A stretch of 64,000 bases of DNA from an uncultured Anaerolineaceae bacterium (lineage in GTDB: Bacteria; Chloroflexota; Limnocylindria; Limnocylindrales; CSP1-4), in assembly GCA_964475245.1 (NCBI GenBank), contig CAYYVV010000002.1:39993-103992 (forward strand), given 5' to 3'. The notes under the pieces were generated by a model. The model was not told the DNA's origin and searched no databases. It saw nothing but the letters and a program-made list of their open reading frames with translations. Position numbers and translations under genes: made by a program. Below are positions 8,483 to 19,222 of this stretch, piece after piece. How positions within the stretch are numbered: position 1 is the first letter of the stretch; each line of letters begins with the position of its first letter.

Positions 8483-11400
8483 GGCTGCGCGGCGCTCAGC
8501 AGAACCTCGGCAGTCGCCGGCCTGCCGACCAGGTAGCCCTGGATGTAGTGGATATCTATCTCACGCAGCGTACGCAGCTCGGCTGCCGTCTCGACGCCCT
8601 CGGCGATCAGCCAGAAACCGGCCGTACGGGCGAATTGGCGCATACCGACCGCGAGCGCCCTGCGTGCCTCATCGCGGTTGATGCCGGCGATGACGGCGCG
8701 GTCGAGCTTCACGTAGTCCGGTCGCAGCTCGACGATGTGGCGCATGCTCGCGAAGCCGGCGCCAGCGTCGTCCACCGCAAGACGAACCCTCGGGCCGAGG
8801 CGATGCATGGCATCCCGGAACGCTGCGTAGTCGTCGATCGCCTCGTGCTCCGTGACTTCGATCACGATCCTGCGTTCCGAGGCGGCGATGATGCCGGCGA
8901 GCTCCGGCGCGCTGGAGATCACGGCCGGCGAGAGGTTGACGTTGAGCCACGCGTCGCTCTGGAGCGAGTCGGCGCCCTCGATGATTGCCTTGAAGGCCGC
9001 CATCTCAAGGTCCCTGGACATGCCCAGCGCCGCGGCTAACTGGAAGCGCGTTTCGGGATCGGTCCCGTCCTCGAAGCGGGTAAGGCCCTCGTAGCCGACG
9101 ATGCGGCCGATCTCGACGTCCACGATCGGCTGATAGACGGGGTGGAAGGCGTGCAACGCGATGACCGATGCCAGGCTTGCGAGTGCGGCGTCGTTGATCG
9201 TCCGGTCGGCAAGGCGCGCGCCGAGCACGGTCGATGTGATCTCGGCGAACTCGACGAGGGCGGGGAGTGCCTCGGCGAGCTGTTGCTCGGCGTTGTCGAC
9301 GGACGAATTGATGATCAGGAAGCCGACGACATCCTTGCCGTCGCGGACGGGCGCAAAGGCCGTCGCCCTGACGCCCATGACCTCGAAGACCGTGTTGTAC
9401 GGATGGTCCGGGTTTGCGCGCCACGCCTCGATCCACGGCCCACGCTTGCACTGCTCACGCAGGTACGTGGCGCGCCACACAGGCAGGCGCAGCCTCGGCG
9501 GTTCCTGGCCGCTGGGCATGAATGAGCCGGACGGCACCGCCTCGCCATCGCTGGCGAAGACGAACAGGGCCGCGAGCTCGACCTCCGGCAGGCCAGCCAC
9601 CTGGCGGCAGATGGCCGTGGCGATCTCGTCGGCAGTGCCGTGGCTGTCGATGGCGCGAATCGTTTCCGCGATCAGCGCGCGCTCGCGCGCCTGCTGCCGT
9701 GCGGTTTCCTCGTAGCGCCGTTCCTCGGTCACGTCGCGGGCAACTACGACATAGCCGCTCGGCTCGTCGCCGGGCTCGCGAATGGGCGACACGACTACTG
9801 ATGCCTGGAAGGGCACGCCGTCGTTCCGTGTGCCCGAGATGTCGCCGCTCCACGGTGTTCCGGACCCGACCACGTCACCGATCGCCGACCAAGGCCCGCC
9901 GATCTCGGGCGCGCCGCTCATCAGCCAGCCTTCTACGCCGATCTCCCGGCTGGCCACAAAGCCGGTCATGGTCTCAAACCCTGGATTGACATACTCGACC
10001 CGCCCTTCACGGCCGACGACGAGGATTGCCTCCGAGGTGTTCTCGATCGCTGTCTGCAGCCGGACCAGATGCCGCCGGGTGGCCCGTTCGACGGTGACAT
10101 CGCGGGATACGCCGACGACGCCATACGCCTTGCCGTGGGCGTCGCGCAGAACCGTGGTGCGGATGTCGACCCAGACGTCAGAGCCGTCCTTTCGCTTGCC
10201 GCCCCATTCGCCTAGGAAATCAGCTCCGTCACCGATCGTGGCGATATCGGCGGCGAGCGCCTCCTCGCTCTGGTTTGGATAGACGCGCGCGAGCGACGTT
10301 CCGAGCATCTCGTCGGCCGCGTATCCGTAGATCGCCGTGGCGCCTGCGTTCCAGTGCGTCGTCCGGCCCTGAAGGTCGGTCGCGATCACGGCTTCGGTTA
10401 TGTTGCCCAGGATCGATGCCTGAAGACGGAGCTGATCGTCGGCCTCGTGTTCAGCGGTCACATCGTGGCCGTTGAGCACGATGCCTGCGACCGCGGTGTC
10501 GGCGGTTCGGTTCGTGGCCGTCACGCTCAGCCAGCGGTAGCTGCCATCGCGGTGACGGAGGCGGATGTCGAACATGGCCGTCCGTCCCGGCTCCTGGATC
10601 ACCTGGAACAGGACGCGGCCCCTCGTCGCTGCGTCCGCGGGATGGACGAGGCGAACCAGCTGCGTTATTCGGTGCCCCAGGAAGTCACCGGGTTGATAGC
10701 CAAGGAGGCGCTCCGACGCTGGGCTGCAGAACGTGATCAAGCCGTCGGGCGCGACGACCGCGAAGGCGTCGGAGGCGTTCTCGAGCAGGTGCGCGTAGCG
10801 GACCTTCTCGTCGAGCTCGGCACGGACCAGAAGCTGGATTCGCAGCAGCAGTGCTCCGACGACAGCGACCGACGCCACGACGATGACGATCAGCTCTACC
10901 TCGGTGTCGAACAGCTGGTCAAGGGTGACGAAGATCGGGATCGCTGCGAGCGACACGACGCTGATCATCAGCGTGCGACTCTTGCGCTTCGGCATCAGGT
11001 CGGGCATGGCCAATCGCGTCATCGACGGCACCAGCGCGGCAGCGCCCATCACCACGTAGCCGAGCATCCACAGCGCGGCGGTGGTGGCGTCGAGGGAGCT
11101 GGCTGCCGTCGCTCGGGCGGATATCAGGTCGGCCCCCAGGAGCATCGCCAGCGATGCCAGCAATAGCCGGCCAGATAGTGCTGTGCGCGTTCCCTCGTTC
11201 AACACCAGGTAAGCAGCCGCCGCGACGAGCAGCACGTCGCCAATCGGGAACGCGAGCGTGACCAGTTGCGAGCCGAAGGCCAGGGAGTGGTCCGCGACGA
11301 TGTGGTCGATGCGCACCACCCACAGAACGAGTGCACAGGCAACCCCGATGACCGTCGCGTCCAGGAGGGCTATCGACTGCTTCCGCAGGCGCTCGCGGAT

Positions 11401-11802
11401 GAGCGAGAGAACGCCCGCAGCCAGAAGTGGATACGCCAACAGGTAGCTCGCATCCGCTGCTGACGAAATGGCTGGGATACTGCGCGTCTGGTCGAGGCCC
11501 AGGATGAGATCGCCAACCAGGAAGGCGGCCTGACCGGCGGCCAGCAGATACCACGGCCGCGGACGGGCGGTGCGCATCAATCGCGGACCGGCGACCAGGG
11601 CGACGACGGGCAATGCCGAGGTCACGAGATAGGCGAGCTCCGCCAGGCCACCGGACGCGACGATGCGGAGAGCAATCATTGCTCCCGCGAGCGCGAGGTA
11701 GGCGCCGACGATCAGCCTGAGGTCGCGCTGGTGTCCCGCCACGATCGGGCCGGCAATGGGCGCCGATTGCGGGTGCACGATCGCACCGGCAGCAACGTTC
11801 AA
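8455..11802 (-). CDS. multi-TM sensor with three PAS domains, a GAF-like domain and a C-terminal EAL (c-di-GMP phosphodiesterase) domain; no GGDEF
   Basis: About 330 N-terminal residues are hydrophobic (8 to 10 TM). Three PAS-like repeats follow (LENASDAFAVV..., NITEAVIATD..., IENTSEAILVV...), then a GAF-like stretch. The EAL domain carries YQPIVD, GYEGLTRF (EGL variant), VNLS, EVTE, DDAGAG, KLD, EGVE and QGY. The 3' end overlaps the convergent ATPase gene by 28 nt. Confidence 0.88.
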   Translation of the reverse strand: MNVAAGAIVHPQSAPIAGPIVAGHQRDLRLIVGAYLALAGAMIALRIVASGGLAELAYLVTSALPVVALVAGPRLMRTARPRPWYLLAAGQAAFLVGDLILGLDQTRSIPAISSAADASYLLAYPLLAAGVLSLIRERLRKQSIALLDATVIGVACALVLWVVRIDHIVADHSLAFGSQLVTLAFPIGDVLLVAAAAYLVLNEGTRTALSGRLLLASLAMLLGADLISARATAASSLDATTAALWMLGYVVMGAAALVPSMTRLAMPDLMPKRKSRTLMISVVSLAAIPIFVTLDQLFDTEVELIVIVVASVAVVGALLLRIQLLVRAELDEKVRYAHLLENASDAFAVVAPDGLITFCSPASERLLGYQPGDFLGHRITQLVRLVHPADAATRGRVLFQVIQEPGRTAMFDIRLRHRDGSYRWLSVTATNRTADTAVAGIVLNGHDVTAEHEADDQLRLQASILGNITEAVIATDLQGRTTHWNAGATAIYGYAADEMLGTSLARVYPNQSEEALAADIATIGDGADFLGEWGGKRKDGSDVWVDIRTTVLRDAHGKAYGVVGVSRDVTVERATRRHLVRLQTAIENTSEAILVVGREGRVEYVNPGFETMTGFVASREIGVEGWLMSGAPEIGGPWSAIGDVVGSGTPWSGDISGTRNDGVPFQASVVVSPIREPGDEPSGYVVVARDVTEERRYEETARQQARERALIAETIRAIDSHGTADEIATAICRQVAGLPEVELAALFVFASDGEAVPSGSFMPSGQEPPRLRLPVWRATYLREQCKRGPWIEAWRANPDHPYNTVFEVMGVRATAFAPVRDGKDVVGFLIINSSVDNAEQQLAEALPALVEFAEITSTVLGARLADRTINDAALASLASVIALHAFHPVYQPIVDVEIGRIVGYEGLTRFEDGTDPETRFQLAAALGMSRDLEMAAFKAIIEGADSLQSDAWLNVNLSPAVISSAPELAGIIAASERRIVIEVTEHEAIDDYAAFRDAMHRLGPRVRLAVDDAGAGFASMRHIVELRPDYVKLDRAVIAGINRDEARRALAVGMRQFARTAGFWLIAEGVETAAELRTLREIDIHYIQGYLVGRPATAEVLLSAAQPQNVPVKRR

Positions 11803-11995
11803 ATGTCTTCGCCTTGTGAGCCCGCGAGGCTGGGCACGTTGTCCGCAGGACTAGAGCACTCATCGTGCGCGCTGAACGTGCTCGGCATAAGCGTGCCATT
11901 CGTACCCTTGGTCAGGTCGACCGGCTCGCCGGTCGCGCGCCACTTGACCGAGGCCGTCGGTGGGCGACGATGTGCGGCCGCCCGCCGTGGCAGGG

Positions 11996-12059
11996 CTTGT
12001 CAAGTACCTTGTCAAGGGGGTAAACTTCGCCTCTGAGCCTTGTCAAGACTTGACAAGGC
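11996..12059. promoter_or_regulatory. array of four CTTGTCAAG motifs (three direct, one inverted) including a 23-bp perfect palindrome
   Basis: CTTGTCAAG occurs at 11996..12004, 12008..12016 and 12039..12047, with the inverted copy CTTGACAAG at 12049..12057. GCCTTGTCAAG-A-CTTGACAAGGC (12037..12059) is a perfect inverted repeat. The motif embeds TTGACA (-35 consensus) on one strand or the other. Confidence 0.5.
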
Positions 12060-12096
12060 CATAAGTGTGTCCGGCTCCAAACAGACACACGCAGCC

Positions 12097-14106
12097 GTGA
12101 ACAAACGTCTCTTGCAAAAAGGCGTTACTTCGGAGGTCACACCCACGTCAGTCGGCGCTGCCGCAGAGATCAAACAGAAGGTCAACCTCGTCGACCTCAT
12201 CGGCGAGACGGTTCAGCTGCGCAAGGCGGGCACCTCGTACAAGGGGCTGTGCCCGTTCCATGGTGAGAAGACGGCATCGTTCACCGTCACTCCGTCGCGC
12301 GAAAGCTGGAAGTGCTTCGGCTGCGGCCGTGGCGGCGATGTCTTCAACTTCGTGATGGAGCGCGACTCGATCGATTTCGTTGAGGCCCTGAGGCGGCTCG
12401 CCCAGCGCGCCGGCGTCGAGCTCAGCGAACGAACCAGCCGCGAAGACGCGCAGCGCAAGCGGTTGCGCGACGTGCTCGACGCCGCCATTGCCTTCTACCA
12501 CCGCGTCCTGACCGAGAGCCATCACGGCCAGGCCGCGCTCGACTACCTGCATGCGCGCGGCTTCACCGACGAGACGATCTCGGCCCATCTGCTGGGCTAT
12601 GCGGTCGATTCCTGGGACACGCTCAGCCGCGCGCTGATCGAGAAGCGCAACTTCGCGCTCGAGGATCTCGATGCGGCCGGTCTGGTCACGCGTCGTCGGG
12701 GCGGCAGGGGCGCCTACGACAAATTCCGTGGCCGGATCATCTTCCCCATCCGAGATGCGTCCGGGAATGCGACGGGCCTCGGCGGCCGCATCGTCGGCAG
12801 CGAGCACAAGGCGCGCGAAGGCGGGCGCGACGCGGGACCCAAGTACCTCAACTCGCCCGCCACGCTGCTCTTCGACAAGAGCCGGACGCTGTACCTGATC
12901 GATCGCGCCAAGGGCGCGATCAGGAAGAGCGGCGTGGCCGTCTTCGTCGAGGGCAATACCGACGCGCTGATGGCCCATCAGCAGGGCTTCGAGAACGTCG
13001 TCGGGACGCTCGGCACGGCACTGACCGCGGCCCAGATCGAGCTCGTCACGCGCTACGCGCCGCGCATCGCCCTTGCTTATGACGTCGACGCGGCCGGGCA
13101 GGGCGCGGCCACGTTCGGTGCCACTGAGCTGTCCGCGCTCGTCGGCGAGATCGAGCGCAGCGCGCACAAGGGCCGGCTGACCGACGTGGGCGTCGTGCGC
13201 CTGCCCGATGGCCGCGATCCGGACGAGGTCATGCGCGACGACCCGGACGCGTGGCGAAGCGCCGCCGGCAACCCGCAGCCGATCGTCGAGTACCTGATCG
13301 ACAACTTCGCCAAGCGCCACGACCCGCGCACTCTCGCAGGCAAAGACAAGCTGGTCGCGGCGGTGATGCCGACGATCAGGCGCGTCACCAACCCAACGCA
13401 GAGAGACGGATACCTGCAGCTGCTGGCGCGTCGCTCCGGGGTCGACGAACGCGTGCTGCTCGAGGAGCTCAAGCGTCCGGAGGAGGTCACCAAGGTGATC
13501 GGTCGGCCGCCGGAGGCTCATGTCGGAGCGAAGATCAATCTCGAGGCCGTCCTGTCCAGCCCGGACGCGCTCGATCCCGAATCCGTGGCGCGGCTGCTGC
13601 ACAAGGCCGAGTTCAGCCTGCTCCGCCTCGTGCTCCTGCGTCCGTACCTGCGCACGTCACTCCCGGACGGCGTCGAGGTCGACTTCGTGAGCACCCCGGC
13701 ACGCGAGATCTGGGCGCGCCTGCAACCGCAGCCGATCGGCGGTTTCGACCGTGCGGCGTTCGTCGAGTCGCTCGACGCGACGCTGGCCGGCGTGGTGCGC
13801 ACGATGTATGCCGACATCGAACCGCTGTCGGACGACGAAGCAGATCTCCGCCAGGCACTCGACCAGAGCCTGCTCACCCTGCGTCGCGCTCGGCTCGACG
13901 AGGAAATCGGAGCCAAGGAGTTCGACATCCGCGAGGCGGAAGCCGCGGGCGACAAGCCAACGGCGGACAGCCTGCTCCATGAAGTCATCGATCTCAAGCA
14001 GCGCCGACTGGAGCTCGACCGGCGCCGCGACCAGACAACAGTTCTAAGCCAGAAACGACCCAACCCGACTCCGGCCGTGGCCGGCGCAACAGGAGGCACT
14101 GCCTAA
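12097..14106 (+). CDS. dnaG: DNA primase
   Basis: Zinc ribbon CPFHGEKTASFTVTPSRESWKCFGCGRGGDVFNFVM and a TOPRIM region (VFVEGNTDALMAHQ). It is immediately followed by rpoD. The track start (TTG 12040) lies inside the palindrome, so I prefer in-frame GTG 12097; TTG 12112 is also possible. The stop at 14106 is firm. Confidence 0.9.
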   Translation: MNKRLLQKGVTSEVTPTSVGAAAEIKQKVNLVDLIGETVQLRKAGTSYKGLCPFHGEKTASFTVTPSRESWKCFGCGRGGDVFNFVMERDSIDFVEALRRLAQRAGVELSERTSREDAQRKRLRDVLDAAIAFYHRVLTESHHGQAALDYLHARGFTDETISAHLLGYAVDSWDTLSRALIEKRNFALEDLDAAGLVTRRRGGRGAYDKFRGRIIFPIRDASGNATGLGGRIVGSEHKAREGGRDAGPKYLNSPATLLFDKSRTLYLIDRAKGAIRKSGVAVFVEGNTDALMAHQQGFENVVGTLGTALTAAQIELVTRYAPRIALAYDVDAAGQGAATFGATELSALVGEIERSAHKGRLTDVGVVRLPDGRDPDEVMRDDPDAWRSAAGNPQPIVEYLIDNFAKRHDPRTLAGKDKLVAAVMPTIRRVTNPTQRDGYLQLLARRSGVDERVLLEELKRPEEVTKVIGRPPEAHVGAKINLEAVLSSPDALDPESVARLLHKAEFSLLRLVLLRPYLRTSLPDGVEVDFVSTPAREIWARLQPQPIGGFDRAAFVESLDATLAGVVRTMYADIEPLSDDEADLRQALDQSLLTLRRARLDEEIGAKEFDIREAEAAGDKPTADSLLHEVIDLKQRRLELDRRRDQTTVLSQKRPNPTPAVAGATGGTA

Positions 14107-15750
<1,644 letters not shown>

Positions 15751-15789
15751 GCGGCCTTCGCACGCGATCCGGAAGCAAGGCAACGCGCC

Positions 15790-16941
15790 GTGGCTGACGC
15801 GCTGATCGGAGTCGCTGGCCTGGTGCTCCTCGGCCTGGCCCTGTGGGACGTCTTCCAGACGATCGTCGTTCCGCGGCCAACGCCAGGCTGGCTGCGCATC
15901 GGCCGTTACGTGATTCGCGGCACGTGGCGGCCCTACCGCAACGTCGTCCTCCGCTTCAAGACCGGGCTCGCGCGGGACAGCCTGCTCGGCCTGTACGCGC
16001 CCGGTATGGCGATCCTGCTGCTGGTCGTCTGGCTCGTGTTCATCATCGCCGGCTACGGCCTGATCCTGTTCGCACTGCGCGCAGATCTGAGCCCCGTGCC
16101 GCAGACGATCGGCGACGCGATGTATTTCGGGGCTTCCTCGATCCTGACCATCGGCTTCGGGGACATCGTGGCCACGACCGGCATTGCCCGGCTCGTGGTG
16201 GTCATCGGCGCAGCGACCGGCCTGGGCATCGTCGCCCTGGTGATCACCTTCCTGTTCTCGCTGTTCGGGTCGTATCAGCGTCGCGAGGTCGCGGTCGTCA
16301 CTCTCGCGGCGCGAGCCAAGGCACCGCCGTCGGCCATGATGCTGCTCATCACCTACGCCCGCCTCGGGCTCGTCGATGAGCTGCCGGAGTTGTTCCGCGA
16401 GTGGGAGGTCTGGACGGCTGAGGTCCTCGACACGCACGTGTCCTACCCGCTGCTGGGCTACTTCCGATCGAGCCACGACAACGTTTCGTGGATCAGCTCC
16501 CTGGGCGCGGTGCTCGACGCTGCGTCGCTGGTCATGACGACCATCAAAGGTGTGCCGACCGGCCATGCCAAGATCACCCACCGTGTCGGCACGCACCTGG
16601 TCGAGGACATCACGAACATCGTCGGCTTGAAAGGTGAGGGGTCGGCGGTCGACCGTGCCGAGTTCGCCGTTGTCTACACCAAGCTCGGCAAGGTTGGTTA
16701 CGAGCTCGAGCCCGAGGACGACGCGTGGCGCGCGTTCGAGCGTGAGCGAGCTTCGTATGCCGGCAAGCTCCTCGCTCTCGCCGACTACTGGGCGACACCC
16801 GCACCGGTGTGGGTCAGCCGGCCTTCGATGGGCGAGTCGCTCGCCCACATCAGGCCGTCCGAGACACCGTCAGACGATGGCGCGCCGGTCGCTGCCGTGG
16901 CAACGGCGGCAGACGTGAAAGGCGCCCGGACCCCCGGATGA
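15790..16941 (+). CDS. potassium channel family protein with a ~210-aa uncharacterised cytoplasmic C-terminal domain
   Basis: Selectivity filter TIGFGD sits in a pore loop (MYFGASSILTIGFGDIV) flanked by TM helices. I recognise no RCK/TrkA motif in the C-terminal part. Confidence 0.8.
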   Translation: MADALIGVAGLVLLGLALWDVFQTIVVPRPTPGWLRIGRYVIRGTWRPYRNVVLRFKTGLARDSLLGLYAPGMAILLLVVWLVFIIAGYGLILFALRADLSPVPQTIGDAMYFGASSILTIGFGDIVATTGIARLVVVIGAATGLGIVALVITFLFSLFGSYQRREVAVVTLAARAKAPPSAMMLLITYARLGLVDELPELFREWEVWTAEVLDTHVSYPLLGYFRSSHDNVSWISSLGAVLDAASLVMTTIKGVPTGHAKITHRVGTHLVEDITNIVGLKGEGSAVDRAEFAVVYTKLGKVGYELEPEDDAWRAFERERASYAGKLLALADYWATPAPVWVSRPSMGESLAHIRPSETPSDDGAPVAAVATAADVKGARTPG

Positions 16942-16971
16942 GCTTCGGGCGCGCACAATCGCCAGAGCAGC

Positions 16972-18444
16972 GTGGCTAGTCGAACCGAAACCCTCAACCA
17001 GGCCGGGCCCCACGTAGGCGCCAACTACAAGTGGCTGGCGCTGTCGGTCACCACGCTCGGCGCGGCGATGGCCGCCATCGACTCGTCGATCGTCGTCCTC
17101 GGCATCCCGACGATGATGGCCGACCTGCACTCGGACCTGGTGACCATGGTCTGGGTGCTGATGGGCTACATCCTGGTCAGCACTGTCACCCTGCTGCTGT
17201 TCGGGCGGCTGGCCGACATGTTCGGCCGTGTCCGCCTCTACAACCTGGGCTTCGGCGTGTTCACGTTCGGATCGCTGCTGTGCGCGCTGGCGGGCAGTGG
17301 CGAGCAGCTCGTCGCCTTCCGGCTCGTCCAGGGCGTCGGCGGCGCGATGTTGATGGCCAACAGCATGGCCATCATTACCGAGGCGTTTCCGCGTGGTGAG
17401 CGCGGCCGGGCGATGGGCATCAACTCCGTCACGTGGGCGGTCGGCGGCATCCTCGGTCCGGTCGCCGGCGGCCTCATCCTGGCCGCGGCCTCGTGGCGCT
17501 GGATCTTCCTGGTCAACCTGCCGATCGGCGTCATCGGCACGCTGTGGGGCTATTTCGCGCTGCGGGAGCTGTCCCAGCCGCGCCGCGGAGAGCGCTTCGA
17601 CATCCTGGGCCTGGTGCTCTTCAGCGGCGCGATCTCGTGCCTGCTGTTCGGCTTGTCGCAGACCATCGCGTGGGGCTGGTTCTCGGTCCCGACGCTGACG
17701 CTGTTCGGCTCCGCGGTCGCGCTCGCGGCGCTGTTCGTGGTCACTCAGCGCAGGCGCGGCTCCCATTTCATCGATCCCGCGCTGTTCCGCTCGCGCATCT
17801 TCGCTTTCAGCACGGCCGCCGGCACGCTCCAGAGCCTGAGCCTGTTCGCCGTCAACTTCCTGGTGGTGTTCTATCTCCAGGCGGTGCTCGGCCAGGCGCC
17901 GCTGTCCGCGGCACTCATGATCCTGCCGCTGCCGATCGTCCAGTCGATCGTCGGACCGATCAGCGGCCTGCTTTCTGACCGCTTCGGCTCGCGCCCGCCG
18001 GCGTCGATCGGGCTGGTTCTGCAGGCTCTCGGCTGCGTTCTCCTGGCCCGCCTCGGACCGACGTCCACGTACGTCGACCTCCTGCCCGGGCTCATCGTCC
18101 TGGGCATCGGCGGCGGCCTCTTCTGGGCGCCGAACACGAGCGCCGCGATGAGCGCCGCACCGCCGCAGCGCCTTGGCGTCGCGAGCGCCACGCTTGCCAC
18201 CTTCCGGCAGACGGGCATGGTCACGAGCTTCGCGCTCGCTCTCGCCGTGGCCGCCGCGGCGTTGCCGGCGAACGTGGCTGGCGGCATCTTCCTGGGCACC
18301 TCGGGCGCTCTCGGCGGACCCGGCATGGCCAGCTTCAGCATCGGCATGGCCCATGCCCTGGTCGTATCCGCCGCGATCGCCCTCGGCGCGGCCGCGATGA
18401 CCGTCATCGCTGGCGAGACCAGGGCGCGCTCCGCCGCGACATGA
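16972..18444 (+). CDS. MFS transporter, DHA2 (EmrB/QacA-like, 14-TM) family
   Basis: 490 aa with about 14 hydrophobic segments. Carries the motifs LGAAMAAIDSSIVVLGIP and GRLADMFGRVRLY (MFS motif A-like). Confidence 0.88.
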   Translation: MASRTETLNQAGPHVGANYKWLALSVTTLGAAMAAIDSSIVVLGIPTMMADLHSDLVTMVWVLMGYILVSTVTLLLFGRLADMFGRVRLYNLGFGVFTFGSLLCALAGSGEQLVAFRLVQGVGGAMLMANSMAIITEAFPRGERGRAMGINSVTWAVGGILGPVAGGLILAAASWRWIFLVNLPIGVIGTLWGYFALRELSQPRRGERFDILGLVLFSGAISCLLFGLSQTIAWGWFSVPTLTLFGSAVALAALFVVTQRRRGSHFIDPALFRSRIFAFSTAAGTLQSLSLFAVNFLVVFYLQAVLGQAPLSAALMILPLPIVQSIVGPISGLLSDRFGSRPPASIGLVLQALGCVLLARLGPTSTYVDLLPGLIVLGIGGGLFWAPNTSAAMSAAPPQRLGVASATLATFRQTGMVTSFALALAVAAAALPANVAGGIFLGTSGALGGPGMASFSIGMAHALVVSAAIALGAAAMTVIAGETRARSAAT

Positions 18445-19205
18445 ACAGAACCATCCGGATCGGCGACCGCGAGATCTCCCGCATCGGCCTCGGCACGAAC
18501 CGCCTCACGGAGACGCCGGCCAACATCGGCTTCATCCGCGCCGCTGTCGAGGCGGGCATCGACATGATCGACAGCGCGCACCTGTACACGGGCGGCGCGA
18601 GCGAACGGACGATTGGCGCCGCCCTCGCGGCTACGCCGCGCAGGCCGATCGTCGCCACCAAGGGCGGCTTTGCCCGCGGTGAAGGCAAGCGCGCCCTCCT
18701 TGCGGAGCAGATCGAGCAGAGCCTGCGCGCCCTGCGTGTCGATCGGATCGACCTCTACTACCTGCATCGGGTCGACCCTGACACCCCGCTCGAGGAGAGC
18801 GTCGGGCTGATCGCGGAATACCGCGCCGCGGGCAAGATCGACAACGTCGGCCTGTCCCAGGTTGGCGTGGCCGAGATCGAGAGCGCACAGCGCATCGTGC
18901 CCATCAGCGCGGTCCAGAACCAGTTCAACCTTGCCGAGCGCGGCTGGGACGAGGTCGTCGACTACTGCACCTCACAGGGCATCGCGTTCGTGCCCTTCTT
19001 TCCGCTTCGTGCCGCGCACCCTGGCCTGGCCGAAATCGCCCGCCGCCATGGCACGAGCCCGAGCCAGATCACCCTCGCCTGGTTGCTGCGCCGCTCACCG
19101 CAGATGCTGCCGATTCCCGGCACGCTGTCGATCGAGCATCTTCGTGAGAATGTCGCCGCGATCGACATTGAGCTCAGCGACGCGGAGTTCGACGCACTCT
19201 CCTGA
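18441..19205 (+). CDS. aldo/keto reductase family oxidoreductase
   Basis: The N-terminus IGLGTNRL...AVEAGIDMIDSAHLYTGGASERTIGAAL and the segment DLYYLHRVDP are typical AKR signatures. ATGA overlap with the MFS stop. Confidence 0.85.
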   Translation: MNRTIRIGDREISRIGLGTNRLTETPANIGFIRAAVEAGIDMIDSAHLYTGGASERTIGAALAATPRRPIVATKGGFARGEGKRALLAEQIEQSLRALRVDRIDLYYLHRVDPDTPLEESVGLIAEYRAAGKIDNVGLSQVGVAEIESAQRIVPISAVQNQFNLAERGWDEVVDYCTSQGIAFVPFFPLRAAHPGLAEIARRHGTSPSQITLAWLLRRSPQMLPIPGTLSIEHLRENVAAIDIELSDAEFDALS

Positions 19206-19222
19206 GCCCCCGAAATGAGCCG

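Noticed and set aside
6925-9039. 704-aa plus-strand ORF that is extremely Arg/Pro/Gly-rich.
   Set aside because: It is out of frame with the P-type ATPase and then antisense to the EAL domain. The composition is low-complexity RPGA, which makes it a shadow ORF.
11731-12036. 101-aa plus-strand ORF in the sensor / dnaG intergenic region.
   Set aside because: It begins inside the sensor gene on the antisense strand and its composition is Arg/Gly/Ala-rich. It has no RBS and ends at the motif array, so it is probably non-coding.
12148-13602. 484-aa minus-strand ORF.
   Set aside because: It is antisense to dnaG (zinc ribbon and TOPRIM on the plus strand) and has a shadow-frame composition.
16870-18354. 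494-aa minus-strand ORF.
   Set aside because: It is antisense to the 14-TM MFS transporter. Its highly charged R/E/D/A/Q-rich composition is typical of the reverse frame of a hydrophobic GC-rich gene.
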